Shown here in pieces: positions 29,511 to 40,400 of a DNA stretch of 64,000 nucleotides. The notes under the pieces are model-generated. The model ran no database searches and had not been told where the DNA came from. It was given only the letters and a program-made list of their open reading frames with translations. Source of the DNA: Alkalispirochaeta sp. (GTDB taxonomy: Bacteria > Spirochaetota > Spirochaetia > DSM-27196 > Alkalispirochaetaceae); contig OZ271854.1 of the NCBI GenBank assembly GCA_965601925.1, positions 4,000,001-4,064,000 of the forward strand, written 5' to 3'. A program made the translations under genes and the position numbers. Position 1 is the first letter of the stretch; the number at the start of each line of letters is the position of its first letter.

Positions 29511-30116
29511 CTACAGCGCCGCCTCGTAGTTGGCCCCGACCTGACCCCAATTGATCACATTGAAGAACGCACCGACATATTCGGGGCGCCGATTCTGATA
29601 CTTGAGATAGTAGGCGTGTTCCCATACGTCGAGTCCGAGAATCGGAGTCTTGCCCTCCGAGAGCGGGTTGTCCTGATTGGGCGTACTGGTAACTTCCAAT
29701 GCGCCGCCGGAGACTACGAGCCACGCCCAGCCGCTTCCGAATCGCGTCGCCGCCGCCGTGGAGAACTTCTCCTTAAATGCGTCGAAACTGCCGAACGTCG
29801 CGTTGATCGCATCGGCAAGCTTACCGGTCGGCGCTCCCCCACCCGATGGTGAGAGGATCGTCCAGAATAGGGCGTGATTGACGTGTCCTCCGCCGTTGTT
29901 ACGCACCGCGGTGCGGATATTTGACGGAACGGAGTCGAGTTTTTTCACGATCTCGGCGGGATCCATCGATGCGAACTCGGTCCCCTCGACCGCGGCGTTG
30001 AGCTTTGTCGTGTAGCCGACGTGGTGCTTGTCGTGGTGGACGCGCATCGTAGCCTCGTCGATGTGGGGTTCCAGCGCGTTGTACGCGTACGGTAGATCCG
30101 GTGTTTGAAATGCCAT
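29511..30116 (-). CDS. sodA: Superoxide dismutase (Mn-type signature)
   Basis: [43 protein letters not shown] and [16 protein letters not shown] precedes ATG 30116. Confidence 0.96.
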   Translation of the reverse strand: MAFQTPDLPYAYNALEPHIDEATMRVHHDKHHVGYTTKLNAAVEGTEFASMDPAEIVKKLDSVPSNIRTAVRNNGGGHVNHALFWTILSPSGGGAPTGKLADAINATFGSFDAFKEKFSTAAATRFGSGWAWLVVSGGALEVTSTPNQDNPLSEGKTPILGLDVWEHAYYLKYQNRRPEYVGAFFNVINWGQVGANYEAAL

Positions 30117-30180
30117 AGGTTTCCTCCTGCACGTGTAAGCTACTAACGACGCCGCAGGAGGGCAAACGAGACGCGCAAGG

Positions 30181-31161
30181 TCAACGCGCAAGATAGTAAA
30201 TCGACTCGTCCGGGACCGAACCGCCCACTGCACGGGGATCGAATGTCGCGAGAATACGAAAAAACGCGTCGAGTTCTTCTTGGGCGTCCGACGATGCGAG
30301 ATACCGCGCGTTGAACCGCCCAAGCGCGGCTTCGACGATCGCCGGCGAGATTCCCAAGGCGCTCCACGCCGGCGCCAATGTGTCGTCGAGCGGCGAGGTG
30401 AGAATGCGATCCCACCCCGACTCCACAACGTCGAGCGCCTCGGCGATCGCCTCGGGGTGGTCGTCGGCAAAATCGCGGCGGACCACGACGGCGGTTTGGG
30501 GATACGCCGCGCCGTAGAAGCGCCTCCATTCCGACTGGACGTCGAGAAGCACCGACAGATCGTCGCGTCGCGACAACACCTGCGTGACAAAGGGTTCGGG
30601 GAGCATCGCGAGCGACACCTCGCCGGCGGCGACCAGTTGGGCGAGTTCGACGTGACCGTACCCGTACTCGATGGTAAGCTCATCGTCGGGATCGATACCG
30701 TTGCGGTCAAGGAGGTGGCGCAGGATGATATCGGGATTGGCGCCGCGCGCAATGGAGTGAATCTCGCGCCCCCTGAGATCGGTCCACTCGTCGATCGCGG
30801 TATCGGTGCCGACGACGTACAGAACGCCCCAGAGCGTCACCGCGGCGATCTGGACCGGAACGCCCCGACCGTGGAGCTGGGCGACGACGTTCGACGGGAG
30901 CATTCCGACCTGCGCTTCGCCGCTTGCCAGGCGCGCCACCATGACGCCGGGCTCGGGAACCACTTCCACGGCGATGCGCGTCCGTTGCCCGAGAATCGGT
31001 TGTTCCGCCAGGGCGGGCGCCATTCCGACGCCGGTGGGGCCACGCAGCGTAGCGATGGTGACATCCACGAGGCCGTCCGATTCGGCGTGATCGTCGGCAC
31101 CGAGCAATAGAACCGAAAAAACAAGCAGAAAAATGCAGAGTGTGCTTTTGGTGTGTCTCAT
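30181..31161 (-). CDS. ABC transporter substrate-binding protein (SsuA/NMT1-like)
   Basis: Signal peptide; [14 protein letters not shown] and [10 protein letters not shown]-terminal [11 protein letters not shown]. Confidence 0.8.
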   Translation of the reverse strand: MRHTKSTLCIFLLVFSVLLLGADDHAESDGLVDVTIATLRGPTGVGMAPALAEQPILGQRTRIAVEVVPEPGVMVARLASGEAQVGMLPSNVVAQLHGRGVPVQIAAVTLWGVLYVVGTDTAIDEWTDLRGREIHSIARGANPDIILRHLLDRNGIDPDDELTIEYGYGHVELAQLVAAGEVSLAMLPEPFVTQVLSRRDDLSVLLDVQSEWRRFYGAAYPQTAVVVRRDFADDHPEAIAEALDVVESGWDRILTSPLDDTLAPAWSALGISPAIVEAALGRFNARYLASSDAQEELDAFFRILATFDPRAVGGSVPDESIYYLAR

Positions 31162-31212
31162 ATCCTTACCCCCGTTTCGAGAGTGCCCGACGTTCTACCG
31201 CCGCAGCGTCTT

Positions 31213-32409
31213 CTATTCCAGGCCGACGGCGCTCATGAGGCGCGGACGCTCCCACCCTTCGATCGCGGCCTGCTGGAGCGTCTTTGCTCGATCCGCGTCG
31301 TTGAGCATCACCGCCCCATGAAGACGGCCTTCGGTGTTCCAATAGAATGCGTAGTATCGCGTGTCGATTTCAAACTCATCGATATAATAATCCCACGGCT
31401 CGCGAGGCTTGCGTATCGAAAAAAGATACTGGTCGAACGCCTCGCACTTGAGTCGGTAGGACGTGGCGGCACGTACCGCCGCGCCTCCGGCGGCGTTGAT
31501 GCCCGCGACGCGCCCTTGGTCCTCGGCATCGTGCCACAGATGGCTCACTCGGCCTCCCGCGTGCTCGGCGCACTCACCGGCGGCATAAATCACCTCATCG
31601 CTCGTCCGCATGGATTCGTCTACCTTGATTCCGCGCCCTATCTCGACTCCGGCTTCGGCGGCGATCCCGGAGCGCGGCACGACGCCGATACAGAAGACGA
31701 CCATGTCGTACTGCGCGGAGTGTTTCAGCATCTCGACGTTCCAACTGCGCTTCTTGTTCTCCTCGAAGGAGAGTATCTCCTCTTGAAAAAGAAGCTTGAC
31801 GCCGCTGCGGATGAGGACGTCTTCCAGAATTTCACCGCCCCGCGCGTTAAGCTGCCGCGGCATGAGCTGCGGCGTCGCACCGGCGAGGGTAACGTGTTTA
31901 CCCATCTGCCGAAGCTGACTTGCCAATTCGACGGCGAGCACTCCCATTCCGGCGATGAGTACGGAGGCGACTTTTGAAGCGCGGCGACGAATATGTTCAC
32001 CATCCGCGGCCGAACGCAGAACGTAAAACGAACCGCGCCCATGAGACCGCACGACGCGGGGAAAGATCGGCTCACTCCCGAGGGCGAGGACGAGGCGCCC
32101 GTACTCTACCTCGTCGGCCGCACGGTCGAAGGTGAGACGACGTACGTCGCGCTCGATTGCGGTAAGCGACACGCCGTCGAGCCGTTCGATGCGTTGATCG
32201 CCGTACCACGCCTCGTCTCGGAGTGCGAACTGATCGTGTGCGAATCCCGTCGCAATATTCTTGGATATTTTGGTGCGCTTGTAAGGAAGGCGGTCCTCTC
32301 CGTTTACCAAGAGGACCGACGCTGTTGCATCGGTGTCGCGCGCGGCGGCGGCGGCGGAAAACCCGGCACTTCCGGCGCCCACAACCACCACGTCGTACGT
32401 ACGGCTCAT
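31213..32409 (-). CDS. FAD-dependent pyridine nucleotide oxidoreductase (NADH:rubredoxin / nitrite reductase-like)
   Basis: VVVGAGSAG, LPYKR, IAGMGVLAVE and GIKVDESMRTSDEVIYAAGECAE. Confidence 0.88.
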   Translation of the reverse strand: MSRTYDVVVVGAGSAGFSAAAAARDTDATASVLLVNGEDRLPYKRTKISKNIATGFAHDQFALRDEAWYGDQRIERLDGVSLTAIERDVRRLTFDRAADEVEYGRLVLALGSEPIFPRVVRSHGRGSFYVLRSAADGEHIRRRASKVASVLIAGMGVLAVELASQLRQMGKHVTLAGATPQLMPRQLNARGGEILEDVLIRSGVKLLFQEEILSFEENKKRSWNVEMLKHSAQYDMVVFCIGVVPRSGIAAEAGVEIGRGIKVDESMRTSDEVIYAAGECAEHAGGRVSHLWHDAEDQGRVAGINAAGGAAVRAATSYRLKCEAFDQYLFSIRKPREPWDYYIDEFEIDTRYYAFYWNTEGRLHGAVMLNDADRAKTLQQAAIEGWERPRLMSAVGLE

Positions 32410-32468
32410 CTGTGCTCCCCCAAATCCGTCTTGCTGAATGTAGCACGCCCCTCTATACTCGTGCAACG

Positions 32469-33431
32469 ATGCCGGATTTGAACGTGACTTTTGCCGGGCT
32501 ACCGCTTGCCGGTCCCATCGTCGTCGAGGCGCGCGGACGCGATTTTACGATTGCGGCGGCGCGGGGAGCAACCGAGGCCGGCGCGGGCGCTTTGATCATG
32601 CCCAGCCTCGACAACGCGCGCATGACGCGCCGCGCCGACGCGGCCGAGTTGACCGATAACAATGTAGACGATACCGCCACTCGACAATCGGAACGCGTGA
32701 TTCGACGGCTTAACATTGACGCGTATCTCGACCACATAGAGCTCATCGCGAGCAAAGTGGAGGTTCCCATCATCGCTCCGCTGGAGAGCGCGCACCGATC
32801 GCAATGGGTCCCCTTGGCGCAGGATCTACTGGCCGCAGGCGCCGCTGCGGTCGAACTTCGCCTCTCGATCGAAGAGATGTCCCGGAACTCCAGGAGCGAT
32901 CAGATAGAAAAGACGATTATCCGCACGACGTCGGCGGTTGCCGAACGGGTCGACGCACCGGTAATCGTGCGTATCCCCGCGACGACATTCGGGCTGGTGA
33001 GCCTCGTGCAGAACCTCGGTGACTGCGGCGCCGCCGGTGTGTTACTACGCCCCTCGTCGTTTATGAGCGGAATCGACGCCGAACGCGTCAAGATTACCGA
33101 CGCGGAGGACGACGAGGACGCCTCCGTCGGATCGTTTCTCGCAGTCACCGCCGGGTGTCGCATGCTCTATCGCCGCGTGAGCCCCCATATCGCCCTGCAG
33201 TTGCCGCCCCACGGACGGGAGACGCTGGTACAAGCGCTCTTGGCCGGCGCCTCGTTGGGTACCTTTCCGATTACCGGGAAGAAGAATGAACGCACCAGCC
33301 AGATGATATCCCAAATGCAGATGTATCTTGAAAGCTGGATGGGGCGACACAGCGTGAGCGATCTGTTTGAGATGCGCGGACTATTGAGCGAGAGCCGCCT
33401 CTCGAACTCACTGGAAAATCGCAGCGCCTAA
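32469..33431 (+). CDS. Dihydroorotate dehydrogenase-like protein, degenerate
   Basis: DLNVTFAGLPLAGPIV, EAGAGAL, YLDHI...VPIIA, AGAAAVEL, LLAGA and WMGRH...EMRG align by eye with DHOD-like TIM barrels. The FMN-binding residues appear replaced. Confidence 0.7.
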   Translation: MPDLNVTFAGLPLAGPIVVEARGRDFTIAAARGATEAGAGALIMPSLDNARMTRRADAAELTDNNVDDTATRQSERVIRRLNIDAYLDHIELIASKVEVPIIAPLESAHRSQWVPLAQDLLAAGAAAVELRLSIEEMSRNSRSDQIEKTIIRTTSAVAERVDAPVIVRIPATTFGLVSLVQNLGDCGAAGVLLRPSSFMSGIDAERVKITDAEDDEDASVGSFLAVTAGCRMLYRRVSPHIALQLPPHGRETLVQALLAGASLGTFPITGKKNERTSQMISQMQMYLESWMGRHSVSDLFEMRGLLSESRLSNSLENRSA

Positions 33432-33438
33432 ACGCCGA

Positions 33439-34722
33439 CTATCCGAAAAGCCTGAACCACCACCACCGTAGACGGTCGACAACACGGCGTACCGCTCCGG
33501 CCGCCGGCACGGCCTCGCCTACGACGATCGGTACCTCGTGAATCGTGCACTCCCCGGCGAGGTAGCGTACCGTTCCGACGTGCGTCCCCGCCTCGAGCGG
33601 TGCCCACACGTGACGAATCTGTTCGATCTCGCCGCGTACCTCGCCCGCAACGCCGCGCGGAAGCACCAGAGCGGGCGGCGCGATTGGGTCGAGCCTCGCC
33701 GTGGCTACGTCTCCTCCCCATACGCGCACCGCGTCGAAGGGCGGAACCGCCACATTCACCGATTCGTAGGCGGCGAAGCCCCAGTCCAGAAGGGCGCTCG
33801 CCTCGTACTCGCGTAATCGTCCGCCCTCGGCGTGGCTGGTCGCCTCGACGCCGAGCACCACCACCACGAGCCGCCGTCCGTCGCGGACCGCCGTAGCGGC
33901 CAAGTTGTAACCGCTCTCCTCGATGAAACCGGTCTTAAGCCCATCGGCGCCGGGGTACGTACGGAGGAGACCGTTGCGATTCGCCTGTCGAATCGAGCCG
34001 CTTCCACCGCCCGCGGGATAGTGGCGCGCCTCCGGAAACGTGAAATCGCGGAGGCCGAACAGCGTCCGGGTCGTCTCCGGCCAACGACGCAGAAGGTCGG
34101 CGGAGAATCGTGCGAAATCGGCGGCCGAGATACGGTTTGCCGGGCTCAACCCCGAGGGCTCCTCAAAGTAAAACCGATCGTACCCCGCCTCGACCATCGC
34201 TTGATTCATACGCGCCGAGAACAGGCCGATCGACCCCGCGACGCGGAGTGCAACCTCAACGGCGGCATCGTTGCCGCTGGATACCGCAAGGCCGATGAGA
34301 AGCTCGTCTCCGGTGACGAACTGGTCGGGACCGAGAAACATGAGTGAGCTCCCCGGTTCCATCGCCGAGGCGTACGCCGCCGGGTGGATCTCCTCGGGGC
34401 GCGAGCGCGAAAAGGTCCCCTCTTCCGCGGCGCTGAGGGCCGTATATATCGTGACCAACTTGGTAAGCGACGCCGGTGGTCGCAGCGCATGGTGGTCGTA
34501 ACCGAACAGGAGTGTATCGCTTTCGAAGTCCAATACGGCGGCCTGTCGCGCGTAGCGCACCGCCGGCGGCCTCGGTACGGCCAGAGTATCGGCACATACG
34601 GCGTGAACAAACGGCGACGAATCCGACGATGCGATGCGCGCCTGTGCCGGAACGGGAGCGACGGTCGGACCGATAAACAGGAGCGCGAGCCAAAAAGCGC
34701 GCGTACGGCGTCGAGTATCCAT
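33439..34722 (-). CDS. D-alanyl-D-alanine carboxypeptidase (PBP5/6, peptidase S11)
   Basis: PASLTK (SxxK), SGND (SxN) and GLKTGF (KTG), with a C-terminal PBP5 domain. Confidence 0.93.
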   Translation of the reverse strand: MDTRRRTRAFWLALLFIGPTVAPVPAQARIASSDSSPFVHAVCADTLAVPRPPAVRYARQAAVLDFESDTLLFGYDHHALRPPASLTKLVTIYTALSAAEEGTFSRSRPEEIHPAAYASAMEPGSSLMFLGPDQFVTGDELLIGLAVSSGNDAAVEVALRVAGSIGLFSARMNQAMVEAGYDRFYFEEPSGLSPANRISAADFARFSADLLRRWPETTRTLFGLRDFTFPEARHYPAGGGSGSIRQANRNGLLRTYPGADGLKTGFIEESGYNLAATAVRDGRRLVVVVLGVEATSHAEGGRLREYEASALLDWGFAAYESVNVAVPPFDAVRVWGGDVATARLDPIAPPALVLPRGVAGEVRGEIEQIRHVWAPLEAGTHVGTVRYLAGECTIHEVPIVVGEAVPAAGAVRRVVDRLRWWWFRLFG

Positions 34723-34876
34723 TATCGGGTGGTGGTATCACACGACGCGGCCGCGGGGCAACCACGGGGCGCGTGCACTTGATCGCGGACGAGGAAGACG
34801 GATATAAACGACTCAATGCTGCGATGCGCCGGATCAGATATCGCGCGGTGCAGCGCTACCGAGTGGTATAACTATC

Positions 34877-35644
34877 GTGCAGCCTTCAATCGTGATGCTC
34901 GGCGTGCGTGTCGACGAGCCGGTTACAACTCTTACCGATTTGATCATTTCGGGTATTTGCCTGTACGCGTTCATCGTACTGCGCCGGACGTCCACGCGGA
35001 GTACGCTCCACAACTATCTCACGTATTACTTCTTATCGATGGCCGCGGCGACGTTCATAGGTGGCGTTATCGGCCATGGATTCCTCTATCGATTCGACGC
35101 CGAATGGCGGCTTCCCGATCGACTTACGGAAATCATATCGCACATTGTCGGTATGCATCGTATACACGGAGCGAACAATCCGTGGAAGCTCCCCGGCTGG
35201 TTGGCCGGCATGGTCGCCGTGACCTGTATGGAGCGCGCATCGATCGAGTACGCTCGTCCGCTTATCGGCTCGACCGCGGCGCGATTCTTCTTCGCGCTCA
35301 CGCTGATCGAGTTAGGTGGTTTCGCGCTCCTGACGGTTGCGACACTCAACTTTCTTTTCGTGGGAATACACGCCCTCCTCGGCGTCATCGTCACGACGTT
35401 TTTATTCAACTGGTTCGTGTATTACAAGTCGAGGGACGCCGCGAGCCGCCACTTCCTGATAGGCGTCGGGTTCTCCGCCGCCGCCGCGACATCGTTCGTA
35501 AACGGCCGGGATATCGCCGTGTGGCTTACCCGTGTCGACATTAGTCACATCTTTATGGCGCTCAGCGCGTGGTTCTTCCTCCGTGGCGCAGAGACGCTCG
35601 CCGGGAAGCGCATACCCGAATCGGTACGAGCCACCTCGTCGTGA
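34877..35644 (+). CDS. Membrane protein (DUF6962-like)
   Basis: EPVTTLTDL, GGVIGHGF and DISHIFM motifs; about 7 TMs. Confidence 0.6.
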   Translation: MQPSIVMLGVRVDEPVTTLTDLIISGICLYAFIVLRRTSTRSTLHNYLTYYFLSMAAATFIGGVIGHGFLYRFDAEWRLPDRLTEIISHIVGMHRIHGANNPWKLPGWLAGMVAVTCMERASIEYARPLIGSTAARFFFALTLIELGGFALLTVATLNFLFVGIHALLGVIVTTFLFNWFVYYKSRDAASRHFLIGVGFSAAAATSFVNGRDIAVWLTRVDISHIFMALSAWFFLRGAETLAGKRIPESVRATSS

Positions 35645-35788
35645 CGCGTTCCGCTCGAATGTCCTGCACCCGGCGTGGATTGTCGCAAGTACAACCACAC
35701 GACCCGGTGCAATGGAAGAGCTTTTTATTTGCTGCGTCTCGGAATCGGGTGTATACTCGTTGTGCAATCGTTTACAAAGGAAGAGTAC

Positions 35789-37606
35789 ATGGCAAACGTG
35801 TCGAGTATGAAGAAGAACACCGGTGTTGAACGCCTGCGAGGTAACATGCCGCGAATCGGCATACGTCCCACCATCGACGGACGGCTCGGCGGTGTTCGAG
35901 AGAGCCTGGAAAAGCAGACGATGGATATGGCGCTCGCCGCCAAAAAGCTCTTTGAGGACAACGTACGCTACCCCAACGGCGAGACGGTCGAAGTCGTCGT
36001 GTCCGATACGACGATCGGGCGCGTAGCGGAAGCCGCGGCATGCGCCGCCAAGTTCGAGCGCGAAAATGTAGGTGTGTCCCTCACGGTTACACCGTGTTGG
36101 TGCTACGGATCGGAGACGATCGATATGACCCCCCTCCTCCCTAAGGCAATTTGGGGCTTCAACGGGACCGAGCGTCCCGGGGCGGTCTACCTCGCCGCCG
36201 CCCTTGCGGGACACAACCAGAAGGGTATCCCCGCGTTCGGCATCTACGGAAAGGACGTGCAGGACTCCGACGACGGCTCGATACCCGCGGACGTGGCGGC
36301 GAAGCTGCTTCTTTTTGCGAGAACGGGAATCGCGGTCGCCTACATGCGGGGCAAGAGCTACCTCAGTCTCGGCGCGACGAGTATGGGAATCGCCGGCTGT
36401 TATGTGACGGAGAGTTTCTACAAGGACTACCTCGGAATGCGCAACGAATACGTCGACATGAGCGAGTTTATCCGACGCATGGAGGGCGGAATCTACGATC
36501 AGCGAGAGTTCGAACGTGCCGCAGTCTGGGTAAAGGAGAACTGTAAGGAGGGCCGAGACCCCAATCCTACGGAGGTGCAACGCAGTCGAGGAGAGAAAGA
36601 TGCGGACTGGGCAACGAGCATCAAGATGAGCTTAATCGCCCGGGACCTCATGGTCGGCAATCCCGCCTTGGCGGAGGCCGGGCATGGCGAGGAGGCGCTG
36701 GGCCACAACGCGCTGGCCGCCGGTTTTCAGGGGCAGCGCCAATGGACCGACTTCATGCCGAACGGTGACTTCATGGAAGCGATCCTTACGTCGAGTTTCG
36801 ATTGGAACGGTATTCGCCAGCCGTACATGATGGCGACTGAAAACGATAATCTGAACGCGATGAGCATGACCCTCGGTCATCTTTTGAACGGCGGCGCGCA
36901 GATATTCGCCGATGTGCGTACCTACTGGAGCTTCGAGGCGGTCAAGCGCGTCACCGGCAAAGAGCTGTCCGGCAGAGCGGCCGGCGGGATCATTCACCTG
37001 ATCAACTCCGGTCCGGCGACCCTCGACGGCACCGGGCAACAGGAGATCGACGGTAGACCGGCAATGAAACGCTGGTGGGAGATAACTCCCGATGAGGCGG
37101 GCAAGTGTCTGGACGCGACGCAATGGTGCGCCTCGGATCTGGGCTACTTCCGCGGGGGCGGCTGGAGTACCGACTACACGACGCGCGGAGAGATGCCGGT
37201 AACGATGTGTAGGATCAACATCGTGGCCGGCCAGGGACCGGTTCTGCAGATCGCCGAGGGGTGGGCCGTGGATATTCCCGATGAAATTCACGACCGGTTG
37301 GACGAGCGTACCAACCCGACGTGGCCCACGACGTGGTTCGTTCCCCGCTTGGCGGATAACGCACGGTTTCGCGATGTATACACCGTGATGGCCAACTGGG
37401 GGGCCAACCACGGCGCAATCGGGTACGGCCACTACGGCGACGGCCTGATTACGCTGGCGAGCATGTTGCGCATCCCCGTTTATATGCACAACGTCGCGGA
37501 GGAACGTGTTTTTCGCCCCAGCGCGTGGACACTCTTCGGTATGGACCTCGAGGGGAGCGACTTCCGCGCGTGTGCCGCCCTCGGTCCGTTGTACCGCGGC
37601 TCTTGA
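35789..37606 (+). CDS. fucI: L-fucose isomerase
   Basis: [54 protein letters not shown] and WGANHG. SD AAGGAAG. Confidence 0.97.
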   Translation: MANVSSMKKNTGVERLRGNMPRIGIRPTIDGRLGGVRESLEKQTMDMALAAKKLFEDNVRYPNGETVEVVVSDTTIGRVAEAAACAAKFERENVGVSLTVTPCWCYGSETIDMTPLLPKAIWGFNGTERPGAVYLAAALAGHNQKGIPAFGIYGKDVQDSDDGSIPADVAAKLLLFARTGIAVAYMRGKSYLSLGATSMGIAGCYVTESFYKDYLGMRNEYVDMSEFIRRMEGGIYDQREFERAAVWVKENCKEGRDPNPTEVQRSRGEKDADWATSIKMSLIARDLMVGNPALAEAGHGEEALGHNALAAGFQGQRQWTDFMPNGDFMEAILTSSFDWNGIRQPYMMATENDNLNAMSMTLGHLLNGGAQIFADVRTYWSFEAVKRVTGKELSGRAAGGIIHLINSGPATLDGTGQQEIDGRPAMKRWWEITPDEAGKCLDATQWCASDLGYFRGGGWSTDYTTRGEMPVTMCRINIVAGQGPVLQIAEGWAVDIPDEIHDRLDERTNPTWPTTWFVPRLADNARFRDVYTVMANWGANHGAIGYGHYGDGLITLASMLRIPVYMHNVAEERVFRPSAWTLFGMDLEGSDFRACAALGPLYRGS

Positions 37607-37672
37607 GGATTGTCGCGTCGACTTGAGCCGCGCGATCGCGCCGGACACCCGGTTAAGGACCTGGAGGAATAG

Positions 37673-38107
37673 ATGCTTACAGGAATCTCTCCGCTCATTA
37701 GCCCCGAGTTGCTGAAGACCATCGCCGAGATGGGCCACGGCGATGAGTTGGTTATCGGGGATGGGAATTTTCCGGCCGCATCGGTGGCGCGGAGGCTCAT
37801 TCGTGCCGACGGGCACGGCGTCTCGGCGCTTCTGACAGCGCTTCTGCCGCTCTTTCCCCTCGATCGCTTCGTGGACAAACCGCTGGCGCTCATGCAAGTC
37901 GTGCCTGGCGACACGACCAAACCGGCGATCTGGGAGGAGTATCGCGCGATCGCGTCGCGCTACCAGCCCGAGCGCATCGCCGCCGGGTTTGAGATGGTAG
38001 AGCGGTTTGCATTCTACGAGCGCGCCCGCACCGCCTACGCCGTACTCGCAACCGGAGAGACGGCGCTCTACGCGAATATCATCTTGAAAAAAGGTGTCGT
38101 AGGATAA
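37673..38107 (+). CDS. fucU: L-fucose mutarotase (RbsD/FucU family)
   Basis: SPELLKTIAEMGHGDELVIGDGNFP and TGETALYANIILKKGV. Confidence 0.93.
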   Translation: MLTGISPLISPELLKTIAEMGHGDELVIGDGNFPAASVARRLIRADGHGVSALLTALLPLFPLDRFVDKPLALMQVVPGDTTKPAIWEEYRAIASRYQPERIAAGFEMVERFAFYERARTAYAVLATGETALYANIILKKGVVG

Positions 38108-38189
38108 GGCCCTGCCCCGACGGCGCTGTCATAGCAACGAGTACGCTGCAGGTCGATCCGTCGGATGTCCGGTGCCGAGCCGCGTCCCG

Positions 38190-38218
38190 TTGACACCTCC
38201 CGGGGGGCGTGATACATT
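38190..38218 (+). promoter_or_regulatory. Sigma70-type promoter of tRNA-Val
   Basis: TTGACA (38190-38195)-17 nt-TACATT (38213-38218), followed by a GC-rich discriminator. Confidence 0.75.
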
Positions 38219-38230
38219 GCCGCGGTATTC

Positions 38231-38303
38231 GGGCGAATAGCTCAGCTGGGAGAGCGCCTGCCTTACAAGCAGGATGTCGGGGGTTCAAATCCCTCTTCGC
38301 CCA
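38231..38303 (+). tRNA. tRNA-Val (anticodon TAC)
   Basis: Acceptor GGGCGAA/TTCGCCC-A, D-arm AGCTCAGCTGGGAGAGC, anticodon arm CCTGC-CTTACAA-GCAGG, T-loop GGTTCAAATCC. CCA not encoded. Confidence 0.97.
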
Positions 38304-38307
38304 TTGC

Positions 38308-38346
38308 AAAAGCCTGCGTTGTAACGATTTACAGCGCAGGCTTTTT
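38308..38346 (+). terminator. Rho-independent (probably bidirectional) terminator after tRNA-Val
   Basis: AAAAGCCTGCGTTGTAA-CGAT-TTACAGCGCAGGCTTTTT hairpin flanked by A and T tracts. Confidence 0.8.
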
Positions 38347-38450
38347 ATATGCATTTTTCGTCGTCGCGCTTCACGGACGCGATCCACCCCATACGGTATC
38401 GGTACACGAGGGAAATGACGGCAGCGCAACCCTCGGTGACGCACGCTCGT

Positions 38451-39539
38451 TTAGTGCGGAGCAAGACGCGGCGGACGCCTAAATCCGCTCGTGCGTACAC
38501 CTCCGATGTCGATCGTTCCACGGACATACCGCGGGATTTTCGACCAAATTGCGATCGGCGCGCCGACTGCTACGACATTCTCCATTGTAATGTCTACGGG
38601 GAACGACCACGGTTCGAACTGATGCAACGCAAACAGCAGCGCCGGGCCGCGATTATCTCGGATGCACACGTCGCGCACGACGACGTCGCGCACGTACTCG
38701 GTCGGTTGGTTCGGTTCAAAATCGATACCTGCCGCGGGAGGATGCCCCCGCGTTCCGGAGACTATGGCGTTCTCGATCAACAGTCCGACGACGGAGACCA
38801 CCGTGATCCCCTGACGATGGTGGTCTCGAAGTGTGAGGTCGCGGAGGACGACCGTTCGCGCGGGTCGTCGATGGGGACGGGAAACGCCGATGTACACGCC
38901 GTCGCCGCCGCTGCCCGATATAGTGAGTCCCTCCACCGTGACACGCTCCGATCCGGCGATCGCAATTGCGTGACGCCACTGTGAGCGCCGGTAGGCTCCC
39001 CCCTGATAGTCCTCACGACGCATGCGCAACTCCGCGCCGTAGCCGACGATGCGTACGTCGTCACGGTCATGAATCGTGAGGAGCCAATCGGTGCGTCCGG
39101 TAAAGCCGCCCTCTATCGCCTCGACAATCGCCCCCGGTTCGAACACGATGAGAAGCGGATGATCGCCGGTGATCGAAAGCGGGTGCGTTTGCCACGACGT
39201 CTCCATCGCCGGAATGAGCACGACCGAGGCGCCGGAGTTGATTGCCGCGTTCAGTGCGGTTGTGTCGTCGACTCCCGTAAATCCGTACCACGCCGCGCTC
39301 ACAATCGGGAGATCTCTACCGCCATCGTAGATAACCAACGACCGCGCGATTTCCGGACGCATCCGGTACGGATCGAACGGATCAGTCTCGGCACGGTACC
39401 GTTCCCAGACCGCACCGGTACCGTCAATTTCATGGCACTCGACGCTCCGATCTCCCCCATTTGCCGTTGCGCAACCTGCGAGTAGGATCGCCGCCGCACA
39501 TAGCAGAAACGGTCTCGATCGGTGAAGTATAGATTTCAT
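38451..39539 (-). CDS. Lipoprotein with right-handed parallel beta-helix (pectate lyase-like) domain
   Basis: Lipobox LLAGC; DDTTALNAAI, VTVEGLTISGSGGDGVYI, HHRQGITV and PAAGIDFEPN are PbH1-type repeats. Confidence 0.8.
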   Translation of the reverse strand: MKSILHRSRPFLLCAAAILLAGCATANGGDRSVECHEIDGTGAVWERYRAETDPFDPYRMRPEIARSLVIYDGGRDLPIVSAAWYGFTGVDDTTALNAAINSGASVVLIPAMETSWQTHPLSITGDHPLLIVFEPGAIVEAIEGGFTGRTDWLLTIHDRDDVRIVGYGAELRMRREDYQGGAYRRSQWRHAIAIAGSERVTVEGLTISGSGGDGVYIGVSRPHRRPARTVVLRDLTLRDHHRQGITVVSVVGLLIENAIVSGTRGHPPAAGIDFEPNQPTEYVRDVVVRDVCIRDNRGPALLFALHQFEPWSFPVDITMENVVAVGAPIAIWSKIPRYVRGTIDIGGVRTSGFRRPPRLAPH

Positions 39540-39735
39540 ACCGCCAGCATATCGTAGCACGTCGTGTCGGCCGAGGCTAAGACTAATCCATGTGGCCGGA
39601 ATTTGATGGTTCTGTGACGTCACCGCTCGTCAACGGACTCTCTCCCGTGGCGCTCTCGAAACGGTCGTCGATACGTTCGCGACCATCTACACCCTTTCGG
39701 GAGCGACGGAGGTATGTTCAATGCGGAGGTAGCAT

Positions 39736-40122
39736 ATGCATAACGTCCGACCACGAGAGACGGTGATACTCGCCAAAGACCGTGAGCGGTTGATTCGATG
39801 GTATCGGGATCTTTTGGGATTTCGCATTACGGCGAAGTACGAGGACGAGTACCACTACTACAACATGGAGACGCAAAGCGGAATCAAGATCGGAATCGGC
39901 GACTTGGACGAGATGTCGATCTCTCCCGCGGAACCGCGGGTGAACGCCGTACTCCTGCAGATTGAAGTCGACGACGTCCGACCATTTATGACGGATATCG
40001 ACCGGTCGGACGGTGCGATTGTGTTCGGTCCGAGCTACAATGCAGAGGAAGGATTCTGGTTCGGGGCGATTACCGACCCCGAAGGAAACCAAATCTGGGT
40101 CGTGGATCCGCAGTGCCGTTAG
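39736..40122 (+). CDS. VOC (glyoxalase/bleomycin resistance) family protein
   Basis: WYRDLLGF, IEVDDV and ITDPEGNQI. SD GGAGGT. Confidence 0.85.
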   Translation: MHNVRPRETVILAKDRERLIRWYRDLLGFRITAKYEDEYHYYNMETQSGIKIGIGDLDEMSISPAEPRVNAVLLQIEVDDVRPFMTDIDRSDGAIVFGPSYNAEEGFWFGAITDPEGNQIWVVDPQCR

Positions 40123-40400
40123 GGTCTATGCCGAGACCGAAGCGTGCGGCGGTAAGAGCACGCGGTACCGCAGCGTTTGCGTGATTCCGGAGCGGCTTTT
40201 CCGAAAGTGTAAACAACGGGCGACTACCGTGGTCCCATCGTCCGCGCAATTGCGGCGCGAGGAGACGATCGCGCGGTATCGATCCGAACGGACGGCAATC
40301 CCGCCCCTTCTTCTGTAAACCGTCTGCGGGCGTCGCTTTTTTTTCTTAGAATAAGAAGTATACCCCCGTTTTCCTGACGGTCTTCCGAAGGAGGAACGCA

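Noticed and set aside
29511..30752. 413-aa SOD with a long N-terminal extension, as given by the ORF track
   Set aside because: The extension overlaps the upstream SBP gene in another frame. A strong SD precedes ATG 30116, giving a normal 201-aa SOD. The same reasoning was used to trim ORFs at 2350, 32223, 35675, 53855 and 22435.
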